Shown piece by piece: positions 16,411 to 23,943 of a DNA stretch of 32,000 nucleotides. A model generated the notes under the pieces. That model searched no databases, was not told the origin of the DNA, and worked only from the letters and a program-made list of their open reading frames with translations. This DNA is from Thermosulfurimonas dismutans (GTDB lineage: Bacteria > Desulfobacterota > Thermodesulfobacteria > Thermodesulfobacteriales > Thermodesulfobacteriaceae). Position numbers and translations under genes: made by a program. The stretch is from contig NZ_LWLG01000015.1 of the NCBI RefSeq assembly GCF_001652585.1, forward strand, positions 1-32,000. Reading direction: 5' to 3'. Each line of letters begins with the position of its first letter. The stretch's first letter is position 1.

Positions 16411-17018
16411 GAAAGAACCAACTCCTCGAACTGAGGATTGACGGGATATCCTAGTTCTTTGGCCTTTTGAAGGGCTTTTAGGGCTTGATCCTTTTTGCCC
16501 TGATAATAGCAAGCAACCGCAAGATTGTTGTAAGCCATGGAGAATTCGGGTTCATATTCGAGGGCTTTTCGGCAACAATTCTCAGCCTCCTCGTAGGCCT
16601 CCTTGGCGATGAGGACCGTGGCGAGATTCACCCAGACCGCCGGAAGATCCGGTTTTACGGAAAGGGCTTCTCGGTAATACTTTTCGGCCTCCTCAAGGTC
16701 TCCCAGCTGGAAGGAAATAAGGCCCATATTGGTTAGGGCCTGAGGAGAAGCGGGATAGATTTTAAGGGCTAGGGCGAAGGCCTTGCGGGCCTCTTCAAGC
16801 TCCCCCTCTTGGGCCAGGATGGTTCCAAGGTTGGTAAGGGCCTCGAAATTCTGAGGATCTAGGGCCAGGATCTTCTTGAAGGTTTCCTTGGCCTCTTGGA
16901 TACGACCGGCCCGGAAGTAAGCCAGAGCCAGCCGGTGATGGGCAAAGATGGATTTGGGGTTTTCGCGGACCTCTTCTTCAAGGGCCGCTATGATTTTCTC
17001 ATCCATTTGGCCTCCCAT
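16407..17018 (-). CDS. Tetratricopeptide-repeat (TPR) protein, about 200 aa
   Basis: Canonical TPR units are present (AHHRLALAYFRAGRIQEAKETFKKILALDPQNFEAL, TNLGTILAQEGELEEARKAFALALKIYP, WVNLATVLIAKEAYEEAENCCRKALEYEP, and others). The start may instead be Met5 at 17006, which is preceded by GGGAGG. Confidence 0.85.
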   Translation of the reverse strand: MGGQMDEKIIAALEEEVRENPKSIFAHHRLALAYFRAGRIQEAKETFKKILALDPQNFEALTNLGTILAQEGELEEARKAFALALKIYPASPQALTNMGLISFQLGDLEEAEKYYREALSVKPDLPAVWVNLATVLIAKEAYEEAENCCRKALEYEPEFSMAYNNLAVACYYQGKKDQALKALQKAKELGYPVNPQFEELVLS

Positions 17019-17081
17019 GATTTCAGAGCTATCTTTTCAAATGTTAGATTATTCTAAAGCGGGTTTTGGGCTTGTCTAGGG

Positions 17082-18059
17082 ATGAGGAAGTTTTTTTTCT
17101 TTTTGATATTGGCCGGGCTATATCTCTCCGGCTGGTATCTTGAGCTCACCGAACCCGTGTCTTCCGTGGAGGCCCCGCAGGTGGTCTTCATCTCCCCTGG
17201 AACGCCGGTAAAAGAGGTGGCCCGGTTGCTTGAGGAGAGAGGTCTCATCAAGAACCGCTACGTTTTCCTTTTGGAGGCCTTGAGGCTCAGAGTGCTCGAT
17301 AAGCTCAAGGCCGGTGAATACGAACTTTCTCCTCATATGTCTACCAGGGAGATCCTGCAGATTCTGGCCGAGGGCCGGGTTATCACCCACATTGTGACCG
17401 TTCCAGAAGGGGCCAACGTCTGGGAGGTGGCCGACCTTCTAGATCGTGCCAGCTTGGTCCCAAAGGAGGCCTTCCTTTCGAAGGCCTTCGATGAAGAATT
17501 CGTCCAGGCCCTGGGAATTCCCGGGTCTTCGGTGGAGGGCTTCCTTTTCCCGGACACCTACTATTTTGTAAAGGGCATGCCTGTCGAGGAGATTATCCGG
17601 CGAATGGTCTCTCGTTTCTGGGAAGTCTGGCGGAAATATGAGGACCGGGCCAAGGAACTAGGGATTTCGGTTTACGAGGCCGTGACCCTGGCCTCCATTG
17701 TGGAAAAGGAGGCCGTGCTTTCCCGGGAGAAACCCCTCATTGCAGCCGTGTACTGGAATCGCTTGAAGCGCGGTATGCCCCTTCAGGCCGATCCCACTGT
17801 GCGCTACGCCCTCCGCCGTTTTCGGGGAAGGCTTTACTACAAACACCTTCGGGTGAAAAACCCCTACAACACTTACCGCTATCCAGGGCTTCCTCCCACC
17901 CCCATTGCCAATCCCGGAGAGGAAAGTCTTAAGGCCGTGCTTTACCCCGCCAAGGTTCCCTATCTCTATTTCGTTTCCAGGGGCGACGGCTCCCACCATT
18001 TCTCCCGCACCTACCAGGAACACCTGATGGCGGTGAGAAAATACCGTCGCCGTCGATAA
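17082..18059 (+). CDS. mltG: Endolytic murein transglycosylase MltG (YceG-like)
   Basis: There is an N-terminal TM helix, followed by VPEGANVWEVADLL, LASIVEKEA, QADPTVRYAL and NPYNTYRYPGLPPTPIANPG, which are signature YceG/MltG segments. Confidence 0.9.
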   Translation: MRKFFFFLILAGLYLSGWYLELTEPVSSVEAPQVVFISPGTPVKEVARLLEERGLIKNRYVFLLEALRLRVLDKLKAGEYELSPHMSTREILQILAEGRVITHIVTVPEGANVWEVADLLDRASLVPKEAFLSKAFDEEFVQALGIPGSSVEGFLFPDTYYFVKGMPVEEIIRRMVSRFWEVWRKYEDRAKELGISVYEAVTLASIVEKEAVLSREKPLIAAVYWNRLKRGMPLQADPTVRYALRRFRGRLYYKHLRVKNPYNTYRYPGLPPTPIANPGEESLKAVLYPAKVPYLYFVSRGDGSHHFSRTYQEHLMAVRKYRRRR

Positions 18060-18181
18060 TTTGTGTTTAAATGCCACTTCCAATTTTTAACGATATTTCA
18101 AGAATTTGGGTAAAATCTGCCTTTTAGGGGCTCAAAATTTTATTCAGTATAACTTCTCTTTTTTACGAATAAAAATAATCC

Positions 18182-18211
18182 TTGACAGAAGACCGTTATC
18201 TCTTGTAGCCT
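18182..18211 (+). promoter_or_regulatory. Putative sigma70-type dcw promoter (TTGACA - 18 nt - TAGCCT) preceded by an AT-rich tract
   Basis: A perfect -35 TTGACA lies at 18182-18187, with a TAnnnT hexamer TAGCCT at 18206-18211. The upstream 18100-18180 region is strongly AT-rich (UP-like). The element lies about 36 nt upstream of the mraZ GTG start. Confidence 0.5.
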
Positions 18212-18215
18212 ATTG

Positions 18216-18250
18216 AGTGGGATAAAGTGGTAAAAAGTGGGGTGTAGTGT
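18216..18250 (+). promoter_or_regulatory. Phased MraZ-box direct repeats (AGTGG x3 plus AGTGT, 10-bp period)
   Basis: AGTGG occurs at 18216, 18226 and 18236, and AGTGT at 18246, so the phasing is exactly 10 bp. MraZ operators in E. coli and in Bacillus/Mollicutes are GTGGG/TGGGN-type direct repeats with a 10-bp period just downstream of Pmra. The last two boxes cover the RBS-like GGGG and the GTG start (18247). Confidence 0.65.
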
Positions 18251-18705
18251 TTCGAGGGCAGTTCAGACATAATCTTGACGAAAAGGGGCGGCTAAGCATT
18301 CCCAGGCGTTTTCGGGAGGTGCTGAGAGAGCGATATGGTGGAAGCGGTCTAGTGGTTACCAGGCTCCCGGAATGCCTGGTGGCTTACCCCTGGGAGGAAT
18401 GGCGACGGCTTGAAGAGCGATTGATGGGGTTGCCTGCAGATCTTCCGGAGGTGAGGCTTTACATGCGATATTTTTTGGGTTCGGCCGAGGAATGTTTCCC
18501 GGATAGACAGGGACGGATCCTTTTGCCTGCCCATCTCAGAGAGGCCGCCGGGATCGAACGTGAGGCCGTGTTGCTGGGACTCCTTGATCGTTTTGAGATC
18601 TGGAATCCGGAAAGGCTTTCAATCCAGATGGAAGCTGCCCGAGAGGGCTTTGACGATCTTTCGAGAAAGGTAGCGGAATTAAGTCTTGGTGGAAGTCAAG
18701 CATGA
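18247..18705 (+). CDS. mraZ: Transcriptional regulator MraZ
   Basis: (GTG)FRGQFRHNLDEKGRLSIPRRFREVL, plus a second SpoVT-AbrB repeat (DRQGRILLPAHLREAAGIEREAVLLG), give the canonical MraZ duplication. Confidence 0.93.
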   Translation: MFRGQFRHNLDEKGRLSIPRRFREVLRERYGGSGLVVTRLPECLVAYPWEEWRRLEERLMGLPADLPEVRLYMRYFLGSAEECFPDRQGRILLPAHLREAAGIEREAVLLGLLDRFEIWNPERLSIQMEAAREGFDDLSRKVAELSLGGSQA

Positions 18706-19567
18706 ATCAGTTCTATTGGAGGAAGTGTTGGCTTTCCTTCGGGTCAAGCCGGGGGGCATTTATGTGGATGGCACCGTGGGTCTTGCGGGACACAGTGAGG
18801 CCATCCTCAAGGCTTCGGCTCCGGATGGCTTCCTTTACGGTTTTGAATGGGATGAGGTCTCCTACGGGCTGGCTCTTAAAAGACTGGTCCCCTACGAGGG
18901 GCGATTTCGGATATTCAGGCTCAACTTTTCCGAGGCCCCGAGGGTTCTCAAGGAGGAAAAGGTTCTTGCCGATGGGATAGTCCTAGATTTGGGACTTTCT
19001 TCATTTTTGATTGAGGCCTCGGGGCGAGGTTTCAGTTTTCGAAGAGACGAACCTCTGGATATGCGTATGGACGAGAGATTGAAGCTAAGGGCTAGAGATC
19101 TAATCAATCGGCTGAGCTATCCCCAATTGGTGGAACTTTTGCGTAATTATGGCGAGGAGCCTGCGGCCAAGAGGATTGCCAAAGCCATTGTAGAGGCCCG
19201 CAAAAAGAAGCCCATCGAGACTAGTCTTGAGCTTGCTAGGTTGGTCGAAGGCGTGGTCCGGAGGCGAAGATCAGGCCAGCATCCAGCGACCCTTACCTTT
19301 CAGGCGCTGCGCATAGCCGTAAACCGGGAGCTCGAAAACCTGGGGAAATTCCTTGCCGAAGCCCCGGAAATCTTAAAGCCCGGAGGGAGATTGGCTGTTA
19401 TTTCTTTCCATTCTCTTGAGGATCGTATAGTCAAGAGGGCCTTTCGGGAGGACCCGAGATTGGAGGTGGTGACCAAGAAGCCGATAAGGCCTTCGACGGA
19501 AGAGGTCAGACGCAATCCTCGGGCGAGAAGCGCCCGGATGAGGGTGGCGGAAAGATGCGGGCTTTAA
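18686..19567 (+). CDS. rsmH: 16S rRNA (cytosine1402-N4)-methyltransferase RsmH (MraW)
   Basis: KHESVLLEEVL...GGIYVDGTVGLAGHS...DLGLSS.Q...RGFSF...PLDMRM...ISFHSLEDRIVK are RsmH signature blocks. The start is TTG 18686 or GTG 18689. Confidence 0.92.
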   Translation: MVEVKHESVLLEEVLAFLRVKPGGIYVDGTVGLAGHSEAILKASAPDGFLYGFEWDEVSYGLALKRLVPYEGRFRIFRLNFSEAPRVLKEEKVLADGIVLDLGLSSFLIEASGRGFSFRRDEPLDMRMDERLKLRARDLINRLSYPQLVELLRNYGEEPAAKRIAKAIVEARKKKPIETSLELARLVEGVVRRRRSGQHPATLTFQALRIAVNRELENLGKFLAEAPEILKPGGRLAVISFHSLEDRIVKRAFREDPRLEVVTKKPIRPSTEEVRRNPRARSARMRVAERCGL

Positions 19568-19878
19568 CCTTGGGTTACACCTATCAGCCTCGTAAAAATA
19601 CGTCCCGGGCCAGCACCAAGGCTTCGGGCCTGAGCCTGAGACTGAGTCTGATCTTCAAACTGGTGTTGTTGTTACTTTTGGTTTTGCCTTGGGGGTTTGC
19701 GGCTTATAGGTTCCATCAACTGCGGGGAGTGGAGTCTGAGATAAAAAGGGAGAGGGCCCTTAAAACGAAATTACTTTCGGAATGGGAGCGTCTTACGGCT
19801 GAAGAGGTGATAAGGGCCAAAGTGGCCCCGCTCGGATTATTCAAACCCACGGAAAAGGAGATCATCAGATTGCCATGA
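19555..19878 (+). CDS. ftsL: Cell division protein FtsL-like (small bitopic membrane protein)
   Basis: The gene sits between rsmH and the ftsI-like gene. It has a single TM helix (LIFKLVLLLLLVLPWGFAAY) followed by a coiled-coil-like segment (ESEIKRERALKTKLLSEWERL). The call rests on position and topology. Confidence 0.75.
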   Translation: MRALTLGYTYQPRKNTSRASTKASGLSLRLSLIFKLVLLLLLVLPWGFAAYRFHQLRGVESEIKRERALKTKLLSEWERLTAEEVIRAKVAPLGLFKPTEKEIIRLP

Positions 19879-21053
19879 GAAGGGCATTAGGACTTTTGAG
19901 TGGTCTTTTGACCCTTTTGGCCCTGATCGTGATAAAACCCCTTACGGGTTCAGGGGGTCTTGAGGTTCGGCCTTTCTCTAAGGCCCCGGTTTACGATCGA
20001 GAGGGAAGAGTACTTTTCAGAGTAAAAGAACTTTATAAGGCCTACTATGTAGGGGAGCTCCCGATCCCAAACGAACTTAAAGCCTATCTCAAAGAACGTG
20101 CTATAGTAGCTAGACCGCCCTATCTCGTGGCCAGAGCCCTTTCTGCAGAAGAAACAAATGCCCTATCTGGAATTTCTGGACTGGTTTTTGAGAGATATTT
20201 TCGTCCGGAGTATCCCGGCGGGACCATCTTTTCCGGAGTCCTTGAAGCTCTGTTGAAATCCCGACCTTCTTCCGGCAAAGCCCTTACCCTCACCCTTTCC
20301 TGGGAAGTCCAAGAGGCCCTTCATAGAATGCTCGAGGGACTAACGAAATTTTTCCAGCGGATCGGTGGGGTGGTGGTGGAGATCCCTTCCGGAGAGGTAT
20401 ACGCCCTGGTCAGTCTGCCTAACAAAGGCGAGTTCGTGCCCCTAACCATGCTCCTTCCGGTGGAATTTCTGCCTAAAGACCTTCCTGTCGAGGTTTTCGG
20501 AGAACCCACTGGGCTTGAGATCTCTGAGGCTCCGGGAGTCTTTTGGCCAGGGGGGAAAACTCTAGCCACTCCGGTGCAGATGGTCCGGGCGCTGGCGGCT
20601 TACCTCTGCGGAGAGGCTCCGAAATTACACCTGATTAAACAGGAGACTTTTTCAGGACTCTGCGGTGAGCGAGACGAAAGGCTGAGAAAGGTATACAATT
20701 ATATTGACGAAAACAAATGGACTTATTTAACATTTTGGCCGAATGAGCGTCCCCGGTTTGTAATCGTTCTGGCTGGGGAGTTGAAGGAGAAGGCTAGATT
20801 TCGGGTCAATCTTTCCGGGCTCTTCAAGGAGCTTGAGCGTTATCTCCCCCCGGAATTCGAAGGTGAGACCCGGGCTGGTGGTTTCCCGGATCTCCGGGGA
20901 CTTACGCTTAAAGCCGCTCTTGAGAGCCTTGGGAAGCGGCACATAAAGGTTCGATTTCGGGGTTTCGGGAGGGTGGTCAGGCAGGAGCCCCTTCCAGGGA
21001 CTCCTTGGGAGAAGGTAAAGAGTTGTGTCCTTTATTTGCGCGATGAAACTTGA
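19875..21053 (+). CDS. FtsI/PBP3-like protein with eroded transpeptidase domain and C-terminal PASTA-like domain (392 aa)
   Basis: The gene occupies the ftsI position and forms an ATGA overlap with ftsL. It keeps the TM helix, PVYDREGRVLF (compare P.RG.I.DRNG..LA), LTLTLSWEVQEAL, IGGVVVEIPSGEVYALVSLP (compare GavVvmdp.tGeilAmas.P), ATPVQMVRALAAY, and a PASTA-like PDLRGLTLKAALESLGKRHIKVRFRGFGRVVRQEPLPGTPWEKVKSCVLYL. I find no SxxK, SxN or K(T/S)G at the expected places. Confidence 0.7.
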   Translation: MRRALGLLSGLLTLLALIVIKPLTGSGGLEVRPFSKAPVYDREGRVLFRVKELYKAYYVGELPIPNELKAYLKERAIVARPPYLVARALSAEETNALSGISGLVFERYFRPEYPGGTIFSGVLEALLKSRPSSGKALTLTLSWEVQEALHRMLEGLTKFFQRIGGVVVEIPSGEVYALVSLPNKGEFVPLTMLLPVEFLPKDLPVEVFGEPTGLEISEAPGVFWPGGKTLATPVQMVRALAAYLCGEAPKLHLIKQETFSGLCGERDERLRKVYNYIDENKWTYLTFWPNERPRFVIVLAGELKEKARFRVNLSGLFKELERYLPPEFEGETRAGGFPDLRGLTLKAALESLGKRHIKVRFRGFGRVVRQEPLPGTPWEKVKSCVLYLRDET

Positions 21054-22518
21054 GGCGTTACTGCAAGACTTTGAGGTCCGAGAGGTCAGAGGGTCGCTCG
21101 AGGTCGAAATCGCGGGCCTAGAGGAGGATTCGCGTCGGCTTGCTCCCGGGTATCTTTTTGTAGCCCGGCGCGGGACTCGGGTGGATGGGCACGCCTTCAT
21201 TCGAGAGGCCGTGGCCCGGGGAGCGGTAGCGGTGGTGAGGGAGGATGAGTTGGATTCAAAGCTTCCCGTCACCCAGATCCGGGTAGCGGATAGTGCCGAG
21301 GCTCTGGGAAGACTCTGTGCGGCCTTTTACGGCCATCCTGAAAGGAGGCTTGCTCTCATCGGTATTACCGGCACCAATGGCAAAAGCTCGGTGGCCTGGA
21401 TGCTGAGGACGGCTCTGCGGAGGGCTTGGGGTAGCTGTGGGCTCATCGGAACGCTGCTCTACGATACCGGAGGCCGAGTCAGAAAGGCCCTTGAGACTAC
21501 CCCTCCCCCGGTGACGCTTTATGCTCTTCTTTCCGAGATGGTTAAAAATGGAGCGGAGACGGCCGTTCTTGAGGTTTCTTCTCACGCCCTAGATCAGAAG
21601 CGCGTAGCCGGGCTGGTCTTTCAAATAGGGGTTTTTACCAATCTTTCCTGGGATCACCTTGACTATCATGGAGATTTTGAGACCTATTTTGCGACCAAAA
21701 AGAAACTTTTTATGGAGTATTTGGCCTCGGATGGACTGGCAGTGGTAAATGTAACTGATCCTTGGGGAAAGAGATTGGTCGAAGATCTTCCTAAGGGAAT
21801 GAGCGTCTTTGCCGTGGGGCGGGATTTTACGGGAGAGATACTTTCGCGATCCAAGGGCCTCAAGCTCAGGATCCTTGAACCTGAAGGGGAGTTCATAGTC
21901 GAGACCGGACTTTTCGGTGATTTTCAGAAGGAAAACCTGCTTCTCGTCTGGGCTGTTCTGCGAGGCCTGGGCTATAGGCCCGAGGAGGTCGCAAAGTTCC
22001 TTTCAGGAGTTTCGGCCCCTCCGGGGAGGCTTGAGCCTGTGGCCCAGTTCCGTCAAGCTCGCATTTTTGTGGACTATGCCCACACCCCGGAGGCCTTGCG
22101 CACGGCTCTTTTGAGTGTAAGGAAACTGGCCTCCGGTAAGGTTCTTTGTGTTTTCGGTTGCGGTGGAAATCGGGACCCAGGCAAAAGGCCCTTTATGGGA
22201 CGAGTGGCTGCGGAGCTTGCGGATCGTCTCTTCATTACCTCGGATAATCCCCGATTCGAGGATCCGGAAAAGATTATCAGGGATATTTTGACTGGCATAA
22301 ACGGGAGTGCTTCCTACCGGGTCATTCTTGATCGCCGGGAAGCTTTGAGGATAGCAATTTCGGAGCTATCACCGGGGGACGTCCTTCTAGTGGCTGGGAA
22401 GGGACATGAGGATTATCAGGAGATTCAAGGGAAGCGCTATCCCTTTTCGGATGCGGAGGAGATTCGGCATATTGTGGCGGAACTAAGGGCCGCCGAAAAG
22501 GCTTTAGGAGGGAATTAA
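21043..22518 (+). CDS. murE: UDP-N-acetylmuramoyl-L-alanyl-D-glutamate--2,6-diaminopimelate ligase
   Basis: GITGTNGKSS (P-loop), VLEVSSHAL, and GCGGNRDPGKRP plus ITSDNPRFEDP (the DNPR motif, indicating meso-DAP specificity) support the call. I place the start at ATG 21043 (MKLEALLQDF) rather than the track GTG at 21025. Confidence 0.92.
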   Translation: MKLEALLQDFEVREVRGSLEVEIAGLEEDSRRLAPGYLFVARRGTRVDGHAFIREAVARGAVAVVREDELDSKLPVTQIRVADSAEALGRLCAAFYGHPERRLALIGITGTNGKSSVAWMLRTALRRAWGSCGLIGTLLYDTGGRVRKALETTPPPVTLYALLSEMVKNGAETAVLEVSSHALDQKRVAGLVFQIGVFTNLSWDHLDYHGDFETYFATKKKLFMEYLASDGLAVVNVTDPWGKRLVEDLPKGMSVFAVGRDFTGEILSRSKGLKLRILEPEGEFIVETGLFGDFQKENLLLVWAVLRGLGYRPEEVAKFLSGVSAPPGRLEPVAQFRQARIFVDYAHTPEALRTALLSVRKLASGKVLCVFGCGGNRDPGKRPFMGRVAAELADRLFITSDNPRFEDPEKIIRDILTGINGSASYRVILDRREALRIAISELSPGDVLLVAGKGHEDYQEIQGKRYPFSDAEEIRHIVAELRAAEKALGGN

Positions 22519-22523
22519 AGGGG

Positions 22524-23939
22524 ATGGGAGTGCCAGAAGGTGTGGGTTCTTATATAAAAACCGCGGCCCTGCGTACCGAGGAGGTAGTCAGGGCCTGCGG
22601 TGGTATTCTCGCAAACGGCGACATGGGGATCGTTTTTTCCGGGGTCTCTACCGATACCCGTAAACTTTCCCCCGGGGAGCTTTTCGTGGCTTTAAAAGGC
22701 CCCCGGTTTGATGGCCACGATTTCGTCTTCGAGGCCCTGGATCGGGGGGCCAAAGGTCTGATTATTTCTAAGTTTCCCAAGGGCTTTAAGCTCGAAGAGT
22801 GTCCGAAAACGGTTTCCATCGTCCTGGTGAAGGATACCCTGAAGGCCCTAGGGGATCTGGCTCGCTATTTTCGTAAAAAGAGGGGTTTTAAGGCTCTGGC
22901 GGTGAGTGGGTCTTGCGGGAAGACCACCACTAAAGAAATGTGTGCCGCTGTACTCGGTGCTCGCTTCCGGGTCTTCAAAAACCCCGGAAACTACAATAAC
23001 CTCATCGGTCTGCCTCTGTCCATTTTTTCCGTCCCTCAAGAGGTCGAAGTGGGGGTTTTTGAGCTTGGTATAAGTGTACCCGGCGAAATGGAGAGACTCT
23101 GTAAGATCTTGGAGCCCCAAGTCTCTATTCTTACTGGAGTGAGACCGGCCCATCTTGAGGGGCTCGGTGACCTTGAAGGGGTGCTTTCCGAAAAGTTCAA
23201 GCTCTTCGAGGGCACGGCTAAAGAAGGGGTGCTTATAGTAAACCGAGACGAGGAGGCCCTCTTCGAGAAGAGCCAAGGGCTTCCTCACCGTCGAATCACT
23301 TTTGGGTTCCATCCGGAGGCCGAAGTGAGGGCCGAAGGGGTCAGGGTACTTCCCGAGGGGACGGACTTTGAGCTGAAAGTTAGGGGACGGAGCCTCGGAC
23401 GTAGAAAAATTCGGTTTCTTGGGGCCCATTTCGTGAGAAATGCGCTTGCGGCCTTGGCCTCGGGGCTGGCCTTCGGAATCCCGGTGGAGGAGTGCCTACC
23501 GGCCCTTGAGAATATATCCCCTCTTCCGGGAAGGCTCTGTCCTATGAGAACCGACCGATATTTCATTCTGGACGATGCCTACAACGCTAATCCAGGTTCG
23601 GTGGCCGAGGCCCTGAGGGTTTTTGCGGAGATCACGAACGGGTTTTCTCTTCGAGTGGTCATCCTGGGGGATATGCGGGAATTGGGAGAGACAGCCCGAA
23701 AATACCACGAAGAGATGGGCCTGGAGGCGGGCCGAGTGGCAGATCTGGTGTTCTCGGTAGGGGAATTTGCGGAGGTGGTGGCTAGCGCCGCACGGAGTTC
23801 GGGGGCTAGGGCGTATGCCTTTCATTCGGTTGAGGAACTCCTATCGACCTTGGAAATCCCTTCTGGGGCGGCGGTGCTGATCAAGGGCTCACGGGCCGTA
23901 GGGCTTGAACGGGTGGTAGCGAAGTTAAGGGAGGTCTAA
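22524..23939 (+). CDS. murF: UDP-N-acetylmuramoyl-tripeptide--D-alanyl-D-alanine ligase
   Basis: SGVSTDTRKLSPGELFVALKGPRFDGHDF, VSGSCGKTTTKEM, ILDDAYNANP and ILGDMRELG are canonical MurF blocks. Confidence 0.92.
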   Translation: MGVPEGVGSYIKTAALRTEEVVRACGGILANGDMGIVFSGVSTDTRKLSPGELFVALKGPRFDGHDFVFEALDRGAKGLIISKFPKGFKLEECPKTVSIVLVKDTLKALGDLARYFRKKRGFKALAVSGSCGKTTTKEMCAAVLGARFRVFKNPGNYNNLIGLPLSIFSVPQEVEVGVFELGISVPGEMERLCKILEPQVSILTGVRPAHLEGLGDLEGVLSEKFKLFEGTAKEGVLIVNRDEEALFEKSQGLPHRRITFGFHPEAEVRAEGVRVLPEGTDFELKVRGRSLGRRKIRFLGAHFVRNALAALASGLAFGIPVEECLPALENISPLPGRLCPMRTDRYFILDDAYNANPGSVAEALRVFAEITNGFSLRVVILGDMRELGETARKYHEEMGLEAGRVADLVFSVGEFAEVVASAARSSGARAYAFHSVEELLSTLEIPSGAAVLIKGSRAVGLERVVAKLREV

Positions 23940-23943
23940 GAAC

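Noticed and set aside
16411-16512. A 34-codon N-terminal extension of the zinc-ribbon/HEAT-like ORF (396 aa in the track).
   Set aside because: The extension overlaps the upstream TPR gene's C-terminus and is low-complexity (SPKSPSKGQRTR). ATG 16410 forms a classic ATGA stop/start overlap with that gene.
20727-21272. A 181-aa minus-strand ORF spanning the ftsI-like/murE junction. Similar long antisense ORFs occur at 26077-26640, 22848-23429, 17658-18083 and 9587-9976.
   Set aside because: All are antisense to strongly supported genes (murE, murD/murG, murF, mltG, the TA pair). They are S/R/P-rich and lack RBS and motif support.
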